Assembly (NCBI GenBank): GCA_903919165.1 | Contig: CAIXHJ010000521.1 | Coordinates: forward strand, 1 to 35,784 | Direction: 5' to 3' | DNA from: an uncultured Holophagaceae bacterium | Lineage (GTDB): Bacteria; Acidobacteriota; Holophagae; Holophagales; Holophagaceae | Length of the DNA: 35,784 nucleotides | Shown here: piece after piece, positions 9,732 to 17,789 of the stretch | Layout: every line of letters starts with the position of its first letter | Position numbering within the stretch: position 1 is the stretch's first letter | Notes under the pieces: model-generated | What the model was told of the DNA's origin: nothing | What the model saw: only the letters and a program-made list of their open reading frames with translations | Database searches by the model: none | Program-made: the position numbers and the translations under genes

Positions 9732-11552
9732 TCAATGCGGGGCGCGTCGGCGACGGGAAAGCTCCTTCTGGCGGGCCAGGAGGTCATTCTGCCTCGCCAT
9801 GACCCGATTCGTCAGGGCGGGGTCCACCACGGTGGCAGGATCCTGGAGCAGACGGTTGTTGGCCTGGATCTCACGGTCCACATAGCGTCCTTCAAGTTTC
9901 ACGAACAGGGCCTCGGGGTCCCGGCCGGCCTCGTCCTGTCTGCTGGCCTTGGCTTCCAAGTGTCGTAGGGCTGCCACGACGTCTTCCGGAAGCTGTGTGA
10001 TGTCTCCGTCGGCGTCCAGCAGGGCCTGGAGCAGGGGTGCGCCATCCAGGCTCTCCCACCACGCGGGCGGGACCCCCTGAATACGCCGCCAGTGGCCCGC
10101 GGTGCTCAACAGGAGGAGGCCGCGGATGAGGTCATCAAGTTCCGGCAGGATCGGTGCTGAAGCGGGAGCCTCCCCCGGTCGTTGAATGGGTGCCTGCCGG
10201 CCTTTCACGGCGCGGTCCAGTTCTTGCAGGGGCACCTGGAGTTGGTGGGCCAGGCTGGCGAAAAGGTCGCGGCTTTCCGTGGTGCGGGGCAGGTAGGGCA
10301 GGAAATCCAGCAGGTCCTTGAAGGCGCCCATGCGGTCGGTGATCCGCCGGAGATCCTTGCCCTCCATGGCCCGGTCCACCATGAAAGCGGTCCAGTCTGG
10401 CGCGGCGCGCAGCAGATCACGGAAGGCCTCGCCACCCAGCTTGAGACACCAAGTATCCGGGTCCTCGTCCTGGGGGAGCTCCAGGAGACGCACCTCAAAC
10501 CCGAGTGGTAGGGCCATTCTCAGACTCTTCTCCATGGCCCGGCGGCCGGCGGCATCGCCATCGAAGCAGAGGATGACTCGACGGGTGAAGCGGCCCAGGG
10601 TCTTTAAATGATCTTCGGTAAGGGCCGTGCCCAGGGGCGCCACCGCCTGGTGGAGGCCATGCTGGTGGAGCTGGAGCACGTCGAAATAGCCTTCCACCAC
10701 CAGGGCCCCGTCCTTCATGGCGCCCTTGGCTCGGTGGAAGCCGAAGAGGGTGCCCCCCTTGTGGAAGAGCGGCGTGTCGCGGGTGTTGAGGTACTTGGGC
10801 TGGCCTCCACCGTATCGCGCGCCTTGCGCGCTCCCGCTTACGTCGCTTGCGGAGGTGACCTGAGACTCTGGCGGGCGCGCGCGTTGGCCGGAGGAGCCTC
10901 CACCCAGGATCCTGCCGCCGAACGCCACGATGCGTCCGCGGGCATCGTGGATGGGGATGGTGAGTCGATTGCGCAAGAAATCGATCAGGGTGCCGCGTTC
11001 GCTGCGGCTGGCCAGGCCCGTCTGCTCCAGCAGTTCGCCGGAGAAGTTCAGGGCGCGCAGGTGGTTCACCAGGGCGTCCCAGGCATCCGGCGCCATGCCG
11101 AACCCTGCTTCGGCTATGAAGGGTCCCGAATAGCCACGATCAAGGAGGTAGGCCCTGGCCCCGTCATGCCGGGCCAACTGCGCCTCGAAGAAGGCCTGGG
11201 CAGCATCCAGCGCAGCCCGCATGCGGGACTCCAGGTCCACCTCGGCGGATGGGCGCTCCCGGCGCTGGGGCAGGTCGATGCCCGCCGCTCGGGCCAGCTG
11301 CTCCAGGGCCTCTGGAAAGGTCATGCCTTCCCGCTCCATGAGCCAGGAAAAGGCGTCGCCGTGCTTGCCACATCCGAAGCAGTGGTAGAAGCCCCGGTTG
11401 GGCACCACTTGGAAGCTCGGGCTGCGCTCAGCGTGGAAGGGGCAGAGGCCCACATGGGCCGAGCCCTGCTTGCGCAACTTCACCGCCGAGCCCACCAGGG
11501 CCAGCAGGTCCGTCGCGTCCCGGACGCGCTCGACGATCTCGCGGTCACGCAT
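9732..11552 (-). CDS. dnaG: DNA primase (with 31-aa in-frame insertion)
   Basis: CHC2 zinc finger CPFH...CFGC, FGGR, KYLN, TOPRIM VVEGYFDV and FDGDAAG, EDPD. Confidence 0.98.
   Translation of the reverse strand: MRDREIVERVRDATDLLALVGSAVKLRKQGSAHVGLCPFHAERSPSFQVVPNRGFYHCFGCGKHGDAFSWLMEREGMTFPEALEQLARAAGIDLPQRRERPSAEVDLESRMRAALDAAQAFFEAQLARHDGARAYLLDRGYSGPFIAEAGFGMAPDAWDALVNHLRALNFSGELLEQTGLASRSERGTLIDFLRNRLTIPIHDARGRIVAFGGRILGGGSSGQRARPPESQVTSASDVSGSAQGARYGGGQPKYLNTRDTPLFHKGGTLFGFHRAKGAMKDGALVVEGYFDVLQLHQHGLHQAVAPLGTALTEDHLKTLGRFTRRVILCFDGDAAGRRAMEKSLRMALPLGFEVRLLELPQDEDPDTWCLKLGGEAFRDLLRAAPDWTAFMVDRAMEGKDLRRITDRMGAFKDLLDFLPYLPRTTESRDLFASLAHQLQVPLQELDRAVKGRQAPIQRPGEAPASAPILPELDDLIRGLLLLSTAGHWRRIQGVPPAWWESLDGAPLLQALLDADGDITQLPEDVVAALRHLEAKASRQDEAGRDPEALFVKLEGRYVDREIQANNRLLQDPATVVDPALTNRVMARQNDLLARQKELSRRRRAPH
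10803..10904. repeat. 93-bp palindromic in-frame insertion in dnaG bounded by 9-bp direct repeat GCCTCCACC
   Basis: GCCTCCACC at 10803-10811 and 10896-10904. Internal inverted repeat GCGCGCTCCCGC (10826-10837) / GCGGGCGCGCGC (10871-10882), 11 of 12 matched. Confidence 0.7.
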
Positions 11553-11626
11553 GCTTCAGGCATAACACGAGCCCGGGTCAGGATCGAGGACTCATGGCAT
11601 TCTTGAGGTTCGGTCCGGTGAATTTC

Positions 11627-12616
11627 ATGAGCAAGCTCCTCGATACCATCCTGCTGTTCAGCCTCCCGGCATCGGGCAAGTCGGAGGTGCGCCGCTACTT
11701 GGCCAGCCTCACGCCGGATCAGTGCAGGAACGACTTCCACATGGGACCCACCCTGCAGTTGGACGACTACCCCTACGTCCACCTCATGCACCGCATCGAC
11801 GACGAGTTGAGGGCGAACGGCCTGGACTGCGCCTACTACCAAGGCCCCGATCGCCCCTTCCGCGACAACTGGACCTGGGCGGTCCTCATTGAGCTGCTGA
11901 ACGAGGACCATGCCCACCTCATGGCCAGCCGCCAGATCGAGGTGTCCAGCGCCGCCCAGCACCTGTTCGACCGCCTGGATGCCGCCCATGCCAAGGTGGG
12001 GCTCTGCCAGCTTCTAGGCGAGGTCCCTCACCGCGTCCGGATGCGCCTGGCCGCGGCCCTGGAAGCCGAATGCCGCGCCGAACTCAATGTCCTCAACCAT
12101 CAGAACGCCGAGAACAAGGCGGGACGGACTCTGGTCATCGAGGCCGCCCGCGGAGGCGCCAACGGCTCGGCCTTCCCCCTATGTCCGCCCCATGGCTACG
12201 AGACCGCTTTCCAGACACTGTCTCCGGCCATCCTCGAAAAGGCCTGTGTGCTCTATGTCTGGGTGGAGCCGGCCGAGAGCCGCCGCAAGAACATCGAGCG
12301 GGGCCGTCCGGATGGCCAGGGCAGCATCCTGCACCACAGCGTGCCCATGGAGGTCATGCTGGGCCAGTACGGTTGCGACGACATGGCCTGGCTCATGGAA
12401 CAGAGCGACCGCCCCGGCACCATCCGCGTGGAGCGAATCCTGCAAACGGTGGATCGGCACGAAACGAAGGTCTACCACCTGCCCGTGGCCCGGTTCGACA
12501 ATCGCGACGACCTCACCACCTTCGTGCGGGCAGACCAGAAGCTCTGGAAGCCCGAGGAGGTTAAGGCCATTCACGGCGGACTGAAGGCTGCGTTCGATCA
12601 GCTGACGAAGAAGTAG
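11627..12616 (+). CDS. Hypothetical protein with N-terminal P-loop-like motif
   Basis: 329-aa ORF with strong GC3 codon bias. ILLFSLPASGKSE resembles Walker A and LVIEAARG is a possible Walker B strand. Confidence 0.8.
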   Translation: MSKLLDTILLFSLPASGKSEVRRYLASLTPDQCRNDFHMGPTLQLDDYPYVHLMHRIDDELRANGLDCAYYQGPDRPFRDNWTWAVLIELLNEDHAHLMASRQIEVSSAAQHLFDRLDAAHAKVGLCQLLGEVPHRVRMRLAAALEAECRAELNVLNHQNAENKAGRTLVIEAARGGANGSAFPLCPPHGYETAFQTLSPAILEKACVLYVWVEPAESRRKNIERGRPDGQGSILHHSVPMEVMLGQYGCDDMAWLMEQSDRPGTIRVERILQTVDRHETKVYHLPVARFDNRDDLTTFVRADQKLWKPEEVKAIHGGLKAAFDQLTKK

Positions 12617-12630
12617 AAAGATCCTTCTTT

Positions 12631-12696
12631 GACCGCAGATGTCGCAGACGGGCGCAGATAAAAGCCTGGAGCGGCTCATCTGCGTTATCTGCGGTT
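12631..12696. repeat. REP-like palindromic element built from CGCAGAY units
   Basis: Three units at 10-bp period (CCGCAGAT, TCGCAGAC, GCGCAGAT) face two inverted units (ATCTGCGT, ATCTGCGG) between convergent genes. Confidence 0.75.
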
Positions 12697-12708
12697 TTAA
12701 ATTTAGTT

Positions 12709-14088
12709 TCAGTGCGCTCCGGCGCCGGCCTTGGCGTTCCAGAGGCGGGTCATGATGAAGGCGCCGACGAGACTGAAGGGGATGATGGAGCCCACCCAGA
12801 CCCAGGCGTGGGCGGGCTGGTGGCCCTGGACGGGGATGCCATCCCACCCGTAGGTCTTGAGGATCCAGCCCAGGCCGAAACCCGTGAGGCCCGAACCGAT
12901 GTACTGGATGCCGTCCAGTGCGCCCGCCACGGAGGCCGCAGCCTTGCGTCCACCGAAGTCCATGCTGGCGGTGCCGCTGAGCATGCCGTGGACGCCGAAG
13001 ATGAACATGGCCGTGAGGCCCAGCAGGGTCACGGCCCAGACCTGGCCGCCGGCGGTGCCCTGGCCCAGGGTCATGCCCAGCAGGCCCAGCATCCCCACCT
13101 GCACCAGGTAGAAAAGGAAGGCCACGGGCGGGCGCCGGGACTGGAAGAGCTTGTCGCTCATCCAGCCGCAGAGCAGGCCGCCCAGGATGCCGCCCCCCAT
13201 GAAGGCGATGCCCGTCCACCAGAACAGGTATTCCTTCTTCCCCAGGTGGTAGATCTCCTGCAGGTACTCGGTGAAATAGAGCATCACGCCCTGGCGCACG
13301 AAGCCCGTGCAGAACTCCGCGAAGATGAGCGACACGATGATCGGGTTGTGGAAGACCCTGCGTACGAGGTCGCCCAGGGGCAGGGGGGCATCCTCGGCGG
13401 AGGCGGCATTTGATCCGTCCCCGGTGTCGAAGTCTGCGTAGCCCGCATGGCTGGGGCGGTTGCGCACCAGGAACCAGTCCACGGTGAACAGGAAGGCCAT
13501 GGCGGCGGCAGGCACGAACCAGATGACGGTCCAGCTGCGGAAGCTGGCCAGCAGCCAGGCGCCGATGGTGGTGGCCAGGAAGTAACCCGAGCTGATCATG
13601 ATGCCGAAGATGCCGCCGAAGACGCCGCGTTCTTTCACGTGGAACCAGGTGCTGTTCACCTTCACCACGGAGAGGGCCCCGAAGCTCTGGAAGTACATGT
13701 TCGCGCTCCAGAGCAGGCTCATGCTGAGGAGAATCCGGGTGACGTGGCCGTTCAGGAACATGAACCCGATGAGCAGGTTCAACAGGGCCGCGCCCAGGGC
13801 ACCGATCAGGATGGCCTTGCGGCCGCCAATGCGGTCCGCCAGGGGACCATTTAAGGCCACGGCCAGTCCATAGGTCCAGAAACCCGCGGAGGCGATGAGG
13901 CCCATCTGTGCCTTGTCCAGGTGGTACCAGGCGCCGATGTCGTTCTTCACGATGTTGAAGTTGTAGCGGCCCATGTACATGGCGGCGTACGTCAGCCCCA
14001 GGGGGAACCAGTTCAGGAACCGGCGAAGGCGGAAGGCAGAACTGTGCTCCAAGGGGACCTCGATGCCCTCAAGGGTACTCGAGGGCAT
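12709..14088 (-). CDS. MFS transporter, GlpT/UhpC (organophosphate:Pi antiporter)-like
   Basis: Multiple hydrophobic segments, YMGRYNF, GPLADRIGGRK, WFHVKERG, GWMSDKLFQSRR, MDFGGRKAAASVAGALDG. Confidence 0.88.
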   Translation of the reverse strand: MPSSTLEGIEVPLEHSSAFRLRRFLNWFPLGLTYAAMYMGRYNFNIVKNDIGAWYHLDKAQMGLIASAGFWTYGLAVALNGPLADRIGGRKAILIGALGAALLNLLIGFMFLNGHVTRILLSMSLLWSANMYFQSFGALSVVKVNSTWFHVKERGVFGGIFGIMISSGYFLATTIGAWLLASFRSWTVIWFVPAAAMAFLFTVDWFLVRNRPSHAGYADFDTGDGSNAASAEDAPLPLGDLVRRVFHNPIIVSLIFAEFCTGFVRQGVMLYFTEYLQEIYHLGKKEYLFWWTGIAFMGGGILGGLLCGWMSDKLFQSRRPPVAFLFYLVQVGMLGLLGMTLGQGTAGGQVWAVTLLGLTAMFIFGVHGMLSGTASMDFGGRKAAASVAGALDGIQYIGSGLTGFGLGWILKTYGWDGIPVQGHQPAHAWVWVGSIIPFSLVGAFIMTRLWNAKAGAGAH

Positions 14089-14143
14089 GAGGACCCACTA
14101 AGGCCCTAACGCGGGTTGACGCAGGCGAACCGATTGAGAACGC

Positions 14144-14689
14144 CTATTCCGCCTTGTGGAAGACCTCGTCCGTGGCGGTGAGTTCCCAGGTGCCCTTGCG
14201 GCGTTCGAAGGTGGCGTGGCGGACCTTGGTCTGGCCCACCCTCACCTCCTGGTGCAGGGCCTCGAAGAGTGGGAACTGGGCCGTGGGCTTCTCCAGGCGG
14301 ATCTCGTAGAGCACGCGGGCACCTTCGCGGGTGGGGTCCATCTTCACGGCCCGCACGAAGACCGCCTCTGCCGCCGGCATGGAGAAACCCTGGGGCGCGG
14401 CCTTGATTGCCTTGGGGGCATCGGGCTTCAGACGGAACGTGAAGGTCTCTTGGCCACCTTCGATCTTGACGGAGCTCTCGAACCAGCCGCTCTTGTCGAG
14501 GTTGTCCTTGAGCGTGGTCAGTCGCAGGTAGGCGGGGGTGCCCTTTTCGGCAGAGGCCTTCTCGGGAACCATGACTGGGACCACCACGGGGTAGATCGGG
14601 CGGATCAGGTCCTCGGCCTTCCTGCGATCCAGCTTCGAGCTGCAGGCCAGGGTGAGCAGAAGGGCAGGGAGGAGGAAGGCGGTGCGCAT
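14144..14689 (-). CDS. Hypothetical lipoprotein
   Basis: MRTAFLLPALLLTLA-C signal with lipobox. AAAGGA precedes the ATGATG start. Confidence 0.75.
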   Translation of the reverse strand: MRTAFLLPALLLTLACSSKLDRRKAEDLIRPIYPVVVPVMVPEKASAEKGTPAYLRLTTLKDNLDKSGWFESSVKIEGGQETFTFRLKPDAPKAIKAAPQGFSMPAAEAVFVRAVKMDPTREGARVLYEIRLEKPTAQFPLFEALHQEVRVGQTKVRHATFERRKGTWELTATDEVFHKAE

Positions 14690-14788
14690 GATGGATTCCT
14701 TTTCAGTTCGCAAGGTTGGCGGCACAACGACGCGTTTGCCTTCCGACCTCGCAGTATGCTAACAAGCTTCTGATGATAGGAGATCCCC

Positions 14789-15981
14789 GTGAATCCCGGC
14801 TACCTGGCCCACCTCAACCACGAGATCGAAGGCTTGAAAGAGGCCGGCCTGTACAAGATCGAGCGGGTCATCACCTCGCCCCAGCAGCCCCAGATGAGAG
14901 CCAACGGCAGGGATGTGGTCTGCCTCTGCGCCAACAACTACCTAGGTCTGGCCAATCATCCGGAAGTGATTGCGGCCGCCAAGGCCGTGATGGATGACCA
15001 TGGCTTCGGCATGGCCTCGGTCCGCTTCATCTGCGGCACCCAGGACATCCACCGCGAGCTGGAACAGAAGCTGGCGGCATTCCTAGGCTTCGAGGACACC
15101 CAGCTGTATTCCTCCTGCTTCGATGCGAACGGCGCCATCTTCGAGGGCCTGCTGGGCGAGGAGGATGCCACCATCAGCGACGCGCTGAACCATGCCTCGA
15201 TCATCGACGGCATCCGCCTCTGCAAAGCCAAGCGCTTCCGTTACGCCAACTCCGACATGGCCGATTTGGAGGCGCAGCTCAAGGCCGCCGACGCCGAGGG
15301 CGCACGCTTCAAGCTGGTGGTGACGGACGGCGTCTTCAGCATGGACGGCTACATCGCCAAGCTCGGCGAGATCTGCGATCTGGCAGAAAAGCACGGCGCC
15401 ATGGTGATGGTGGACGACAGCCATGCCGTGGGCTTCATGGGGGCCCATGGCCGCGGCACCCAGGAGCACTGCGGTGTCATGGGCCGCGTGGATTTCATGA
15501 CCGGCACCTTCGGGAAAGCCCTGGGGGTGCCTCCGGCGGCTACATCGCGGGCAAGCGGGAGGCCATCGAATGGCTGCGGCAGAAGGCCCGTCCCTACCTA
15601 TTCTCGAACTCCGTGGCCCCCAGCATCGTGGCCGCCACCCTCAAGGTGCTGGACCTGCTCAAGGACAGCGGGGATCTCATCCAGCGCGTCCACCAGAATG
15701 CCCGGTACTTCCGAGCAGGCATGGAGAAGGCCGGATTCAAGCTGCTGCCGGGTGAGCATCCCATCGTGCCGGTCATGCTATACGAAGCCCCCTTGGCCCA
15801 GGAGTTCGCCAAGCGCCTGCTGGATGAGGGCGTCTACGTCATTGGCTTCTTCTTCCCCGTGGTGCCCAAGGGCCTGGCGCGCATCCGCACCCAGATGAGC
15901 GCTGCCCACACCCGCGAGGACCTCGATCATGCCATCGCCGCCTTCACGAAGGTGGGACGGGAACTGGGCGTGATCCAGTAG
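14789..15981 (+). pseudogene. kbl: 2-amino-3-ketobutyrate CoA ligase (glycine C-acetyltransferase), split by a single-base frameshift (real or sequencing error)
   Basis: First frame carries [42 protein letters not shown] and TFGKALG. The sequence continues as ASGGY...FSNS...[20 protein letters not shown] in another frame after the G5 run at 15523-15527. Confidence 0.93.
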
Positions 15982-16429
15982 CGGATCGTATCGGAGCAGA
16001 GGCCCACAGCGCCTGCACGGCCAGAATCAGCAGCCCGACATCCCGCAGGAGGGACCAGCGCATGTCGGCGATCCGCTCGGCCTCGCTCATATGGGTCGTG
16101 GCGCCGAAGCATCCGCAGTCCACGGGATGATGTCGGGCCAAGTTGATGGAGAGGGCTAGGCCAAAGGACAGCAGCAGAGTAGTGGCCCACCATGCGGCGG
16201 CGCGGATCCATATGCCCAGGCAGAGGGCGAGACCACAGAACAGCTCGAGCCAGGGCAGGACGAGGGCTAGCGGGTTCAGGCTCCAGGCGGGAAACAGTTC
16301 ATAGGCCCAGATGGCCTTTGCGAAGCCCGGCGGATCCAGGATCTTGGTCAGCGCGGCGGCGATGAAGAACAAGCCGAGAACGATCCGCACGACCAGGGTG
16401 AGCTTCGAGTGCAGAAGCAGGCGTTTCAT
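15944..16429 (-). CDS. MauE/DoxX family membrane protein
   Basis: [28 protein letters not shown] and VDCGCFG motifs. Confidence 0.85.
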   Translation of the reverse strand: MKRLLLHSKLTLVVRIVLGLFFIAAALTKILDPPGFAKAIWAYELFPAWSLNPLALVLPWLELFCGLALCLGIWIRAAAWWATTLLLSFGLALSINLARHHPVDCGCFGATTHMSEAERIADMRWSLLRDVGLLILAVQALWASAPIRSATGSRPVPVPPS

Positions 16430-17076
16430 GGCTGGCCTTTTTCAACCGGACGGTTCTGGGCCAGCCAATCGGGGAATCCATCCCGGTAGATAAGCAGGTG
16501 GTCGTAGCCCTCGCTGGACAGTTTCGCGGCGAGGATGTGGGAATCCTGGCAATCACCGCCGCTGCAGTAGATGACAATGGAGTCTTCAGATCCCGGACGG
16601 CGGGCGGCCTTGAATGAGATGAGCCGGTCGTCCAGATCAGACTCCCACACAGGGGTACACCAGGCCCGGGCGATGTGCCCCTCGACGAACTCGGCACTGC
16701 GGCGGGCGTCCAGAAAAGACACTCCGGCCTGGAAGGCTTGCCAGGCTTCCTGTCCGCTGATCTCGCGGATAGGGCTGGTAACCACAGCCTCCTGGGGATT
16801 GCTGGGCGATGGAGCAGTACCGGGCCGCGGGATGGGTGGGGTAGGGCGGTCCGGGACAGACGGCCTGGAAGCTTCATGGGCCTGGGGTCGGGGTACCTGT
16901 TCCGGCAGGGTGGGCCGCTCAACCAGGGGCGTGAAGGAAGGTAGCGCGACCACAGAACCACGCCAGGCCAGGCGCCGCGATGAGGAGGACAGGGCGTTGG
17001 AGATCAGGGCCATCACGCCCGCCATCCCGGCCAGGACTATGAAGCGCAGGGCAGTGGGTCGAGGGAAGTGCGGCAT
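16426..17076 (-). CDS. Membrane-anchored/exported rhodanese-like domain protein
   Basis: N-terminal hydrophobic segment, Pro-rich linker, FLDAR...GHIARA, IVIYCSGGDCQDS, YRDGFPDW. 4-bp ATGA overlap with the MauE gene. Confidence 0.85.
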   Translation of the reverse strand: MPHFPRPTALRFIVLAGMAGVMALISNALSSSSRRLAWRGSVVALPSFTPLVERPTLPEQVPRPQAHEASRPSVPDRPTPPIPRPGTAPSPSNPQEAVVTSPIREISGQEAWQAFQAGVSFLDARRSAEFVEGHIARAWCTPVWESDLDDRLISFKAARRPGSEDSIVIYCSGGDCQDSHILAAKLSSEGYDHLLIYRDGFPDWLAQNRPVEKGQP

Positions 17077-17089
17077 GGGAGGATCTGGC

Positions 17090-17752
17090 TCACAGCACGA
17101 TGTACCGGTAGGTCCCGGGGTGTTGCTCCTTCAGCAGCAGCTGGATTGTCCAGCGGCCATCGGGGTATCGCTCGTACACCGTGGCGCTCATGACGGATTC
17201 CTTCAGCCATTGGCGGATACCCTCGTAGTGTTCGAAGACGGGTGGCTCCCAGGTCTCCTTGGCTCCGATGAGCCGAGCCGAACCGGGCTTGATGTGGTCC
17301 ACCAGGCCGGCCAATGCGGATTCTGGATTCCGATTCGTCCACACCATGTCCCCGGCTTCCACCGGGGTTCCCATCACCCTTCCGGGCTGGGACGCGAGGG
17401 CTTCCTCAGCCCCAGGTGAGAGCGTGTTGATGAGCCACCGCAGGGAGGTCTCGCTTTCCGGATCGAGGGCCTTGGAAAAGGCGATGGCCATCCCCCGCTG
17501 ATCCGCACGTACCACCGTTCCCCGGGCCACGACCCGCCGCCCAGCCTCGTCGCTCGGAAGCAGAATGGCCACTCCGCAATGACTCCCGACAGGCAGCTGG
17601 TCCCGGTCGCTGACCAGGATGCCCCCCATGCTGAGGTTGAGGGCCTTCGGATAGGCGATGATGCGATCCTCGGCAACCACTTTCACCTGGTAGGCGATGG
17701 GAATGCGGCGGTATTGCCGCTCGTCGGGCGTAGGGATCAGGGGCTGTGTCAT
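17090..17752 (-). CDS. PilZ domain protein with unknown C-terminal domain
   Basis: RxxxR (ERQYRR) and [D/N]xSxxG (NLSMGG) c-di-GMP motifs, GTVVR...GMAIAF. Confidence 0.85.
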   Translation of the reverse strand: MTQPLIPTPDERQYRRIPIAYQVKVVAEDRIIAYPKALNLSMGGILVSDRDQLPVGSHCGVAILLPSDEAGRRVVARGTVVRADQRGMAIAFSKALDPESETSLRWLINTLSPGAEEALASQPGRVMGTPVEAGDMVWTNRNPESALAGLVDHIKPGSARLIGAKETWEPPVFEHYEGIRQWLKESVMSATVYERYPDGRWTIQLLLKEQHPGTYRYIVL

Positions 17753-17789
17753 GGTTCTGGCATGATAGCGCGGGAACTTGGGCGAGGTT

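Noticed and set aside
10803-10904. Intein or intron in dnaG
   Set aside because: Only 31 aa, with no C-terminal HN splice motif and far too short for a self-splicing intron.
12631-12696. CRISPR array
   Set aside because: Units are only about 7-8 bp with no spacers, and there are no cas genes.
15528-15898. Novel C-terminus of the 369-aa Kbl ORF
   Set aside because: It is out-of-frame sequence after the homopolymer frameshift. The conserved Kbl C-terminus is in the other frame.
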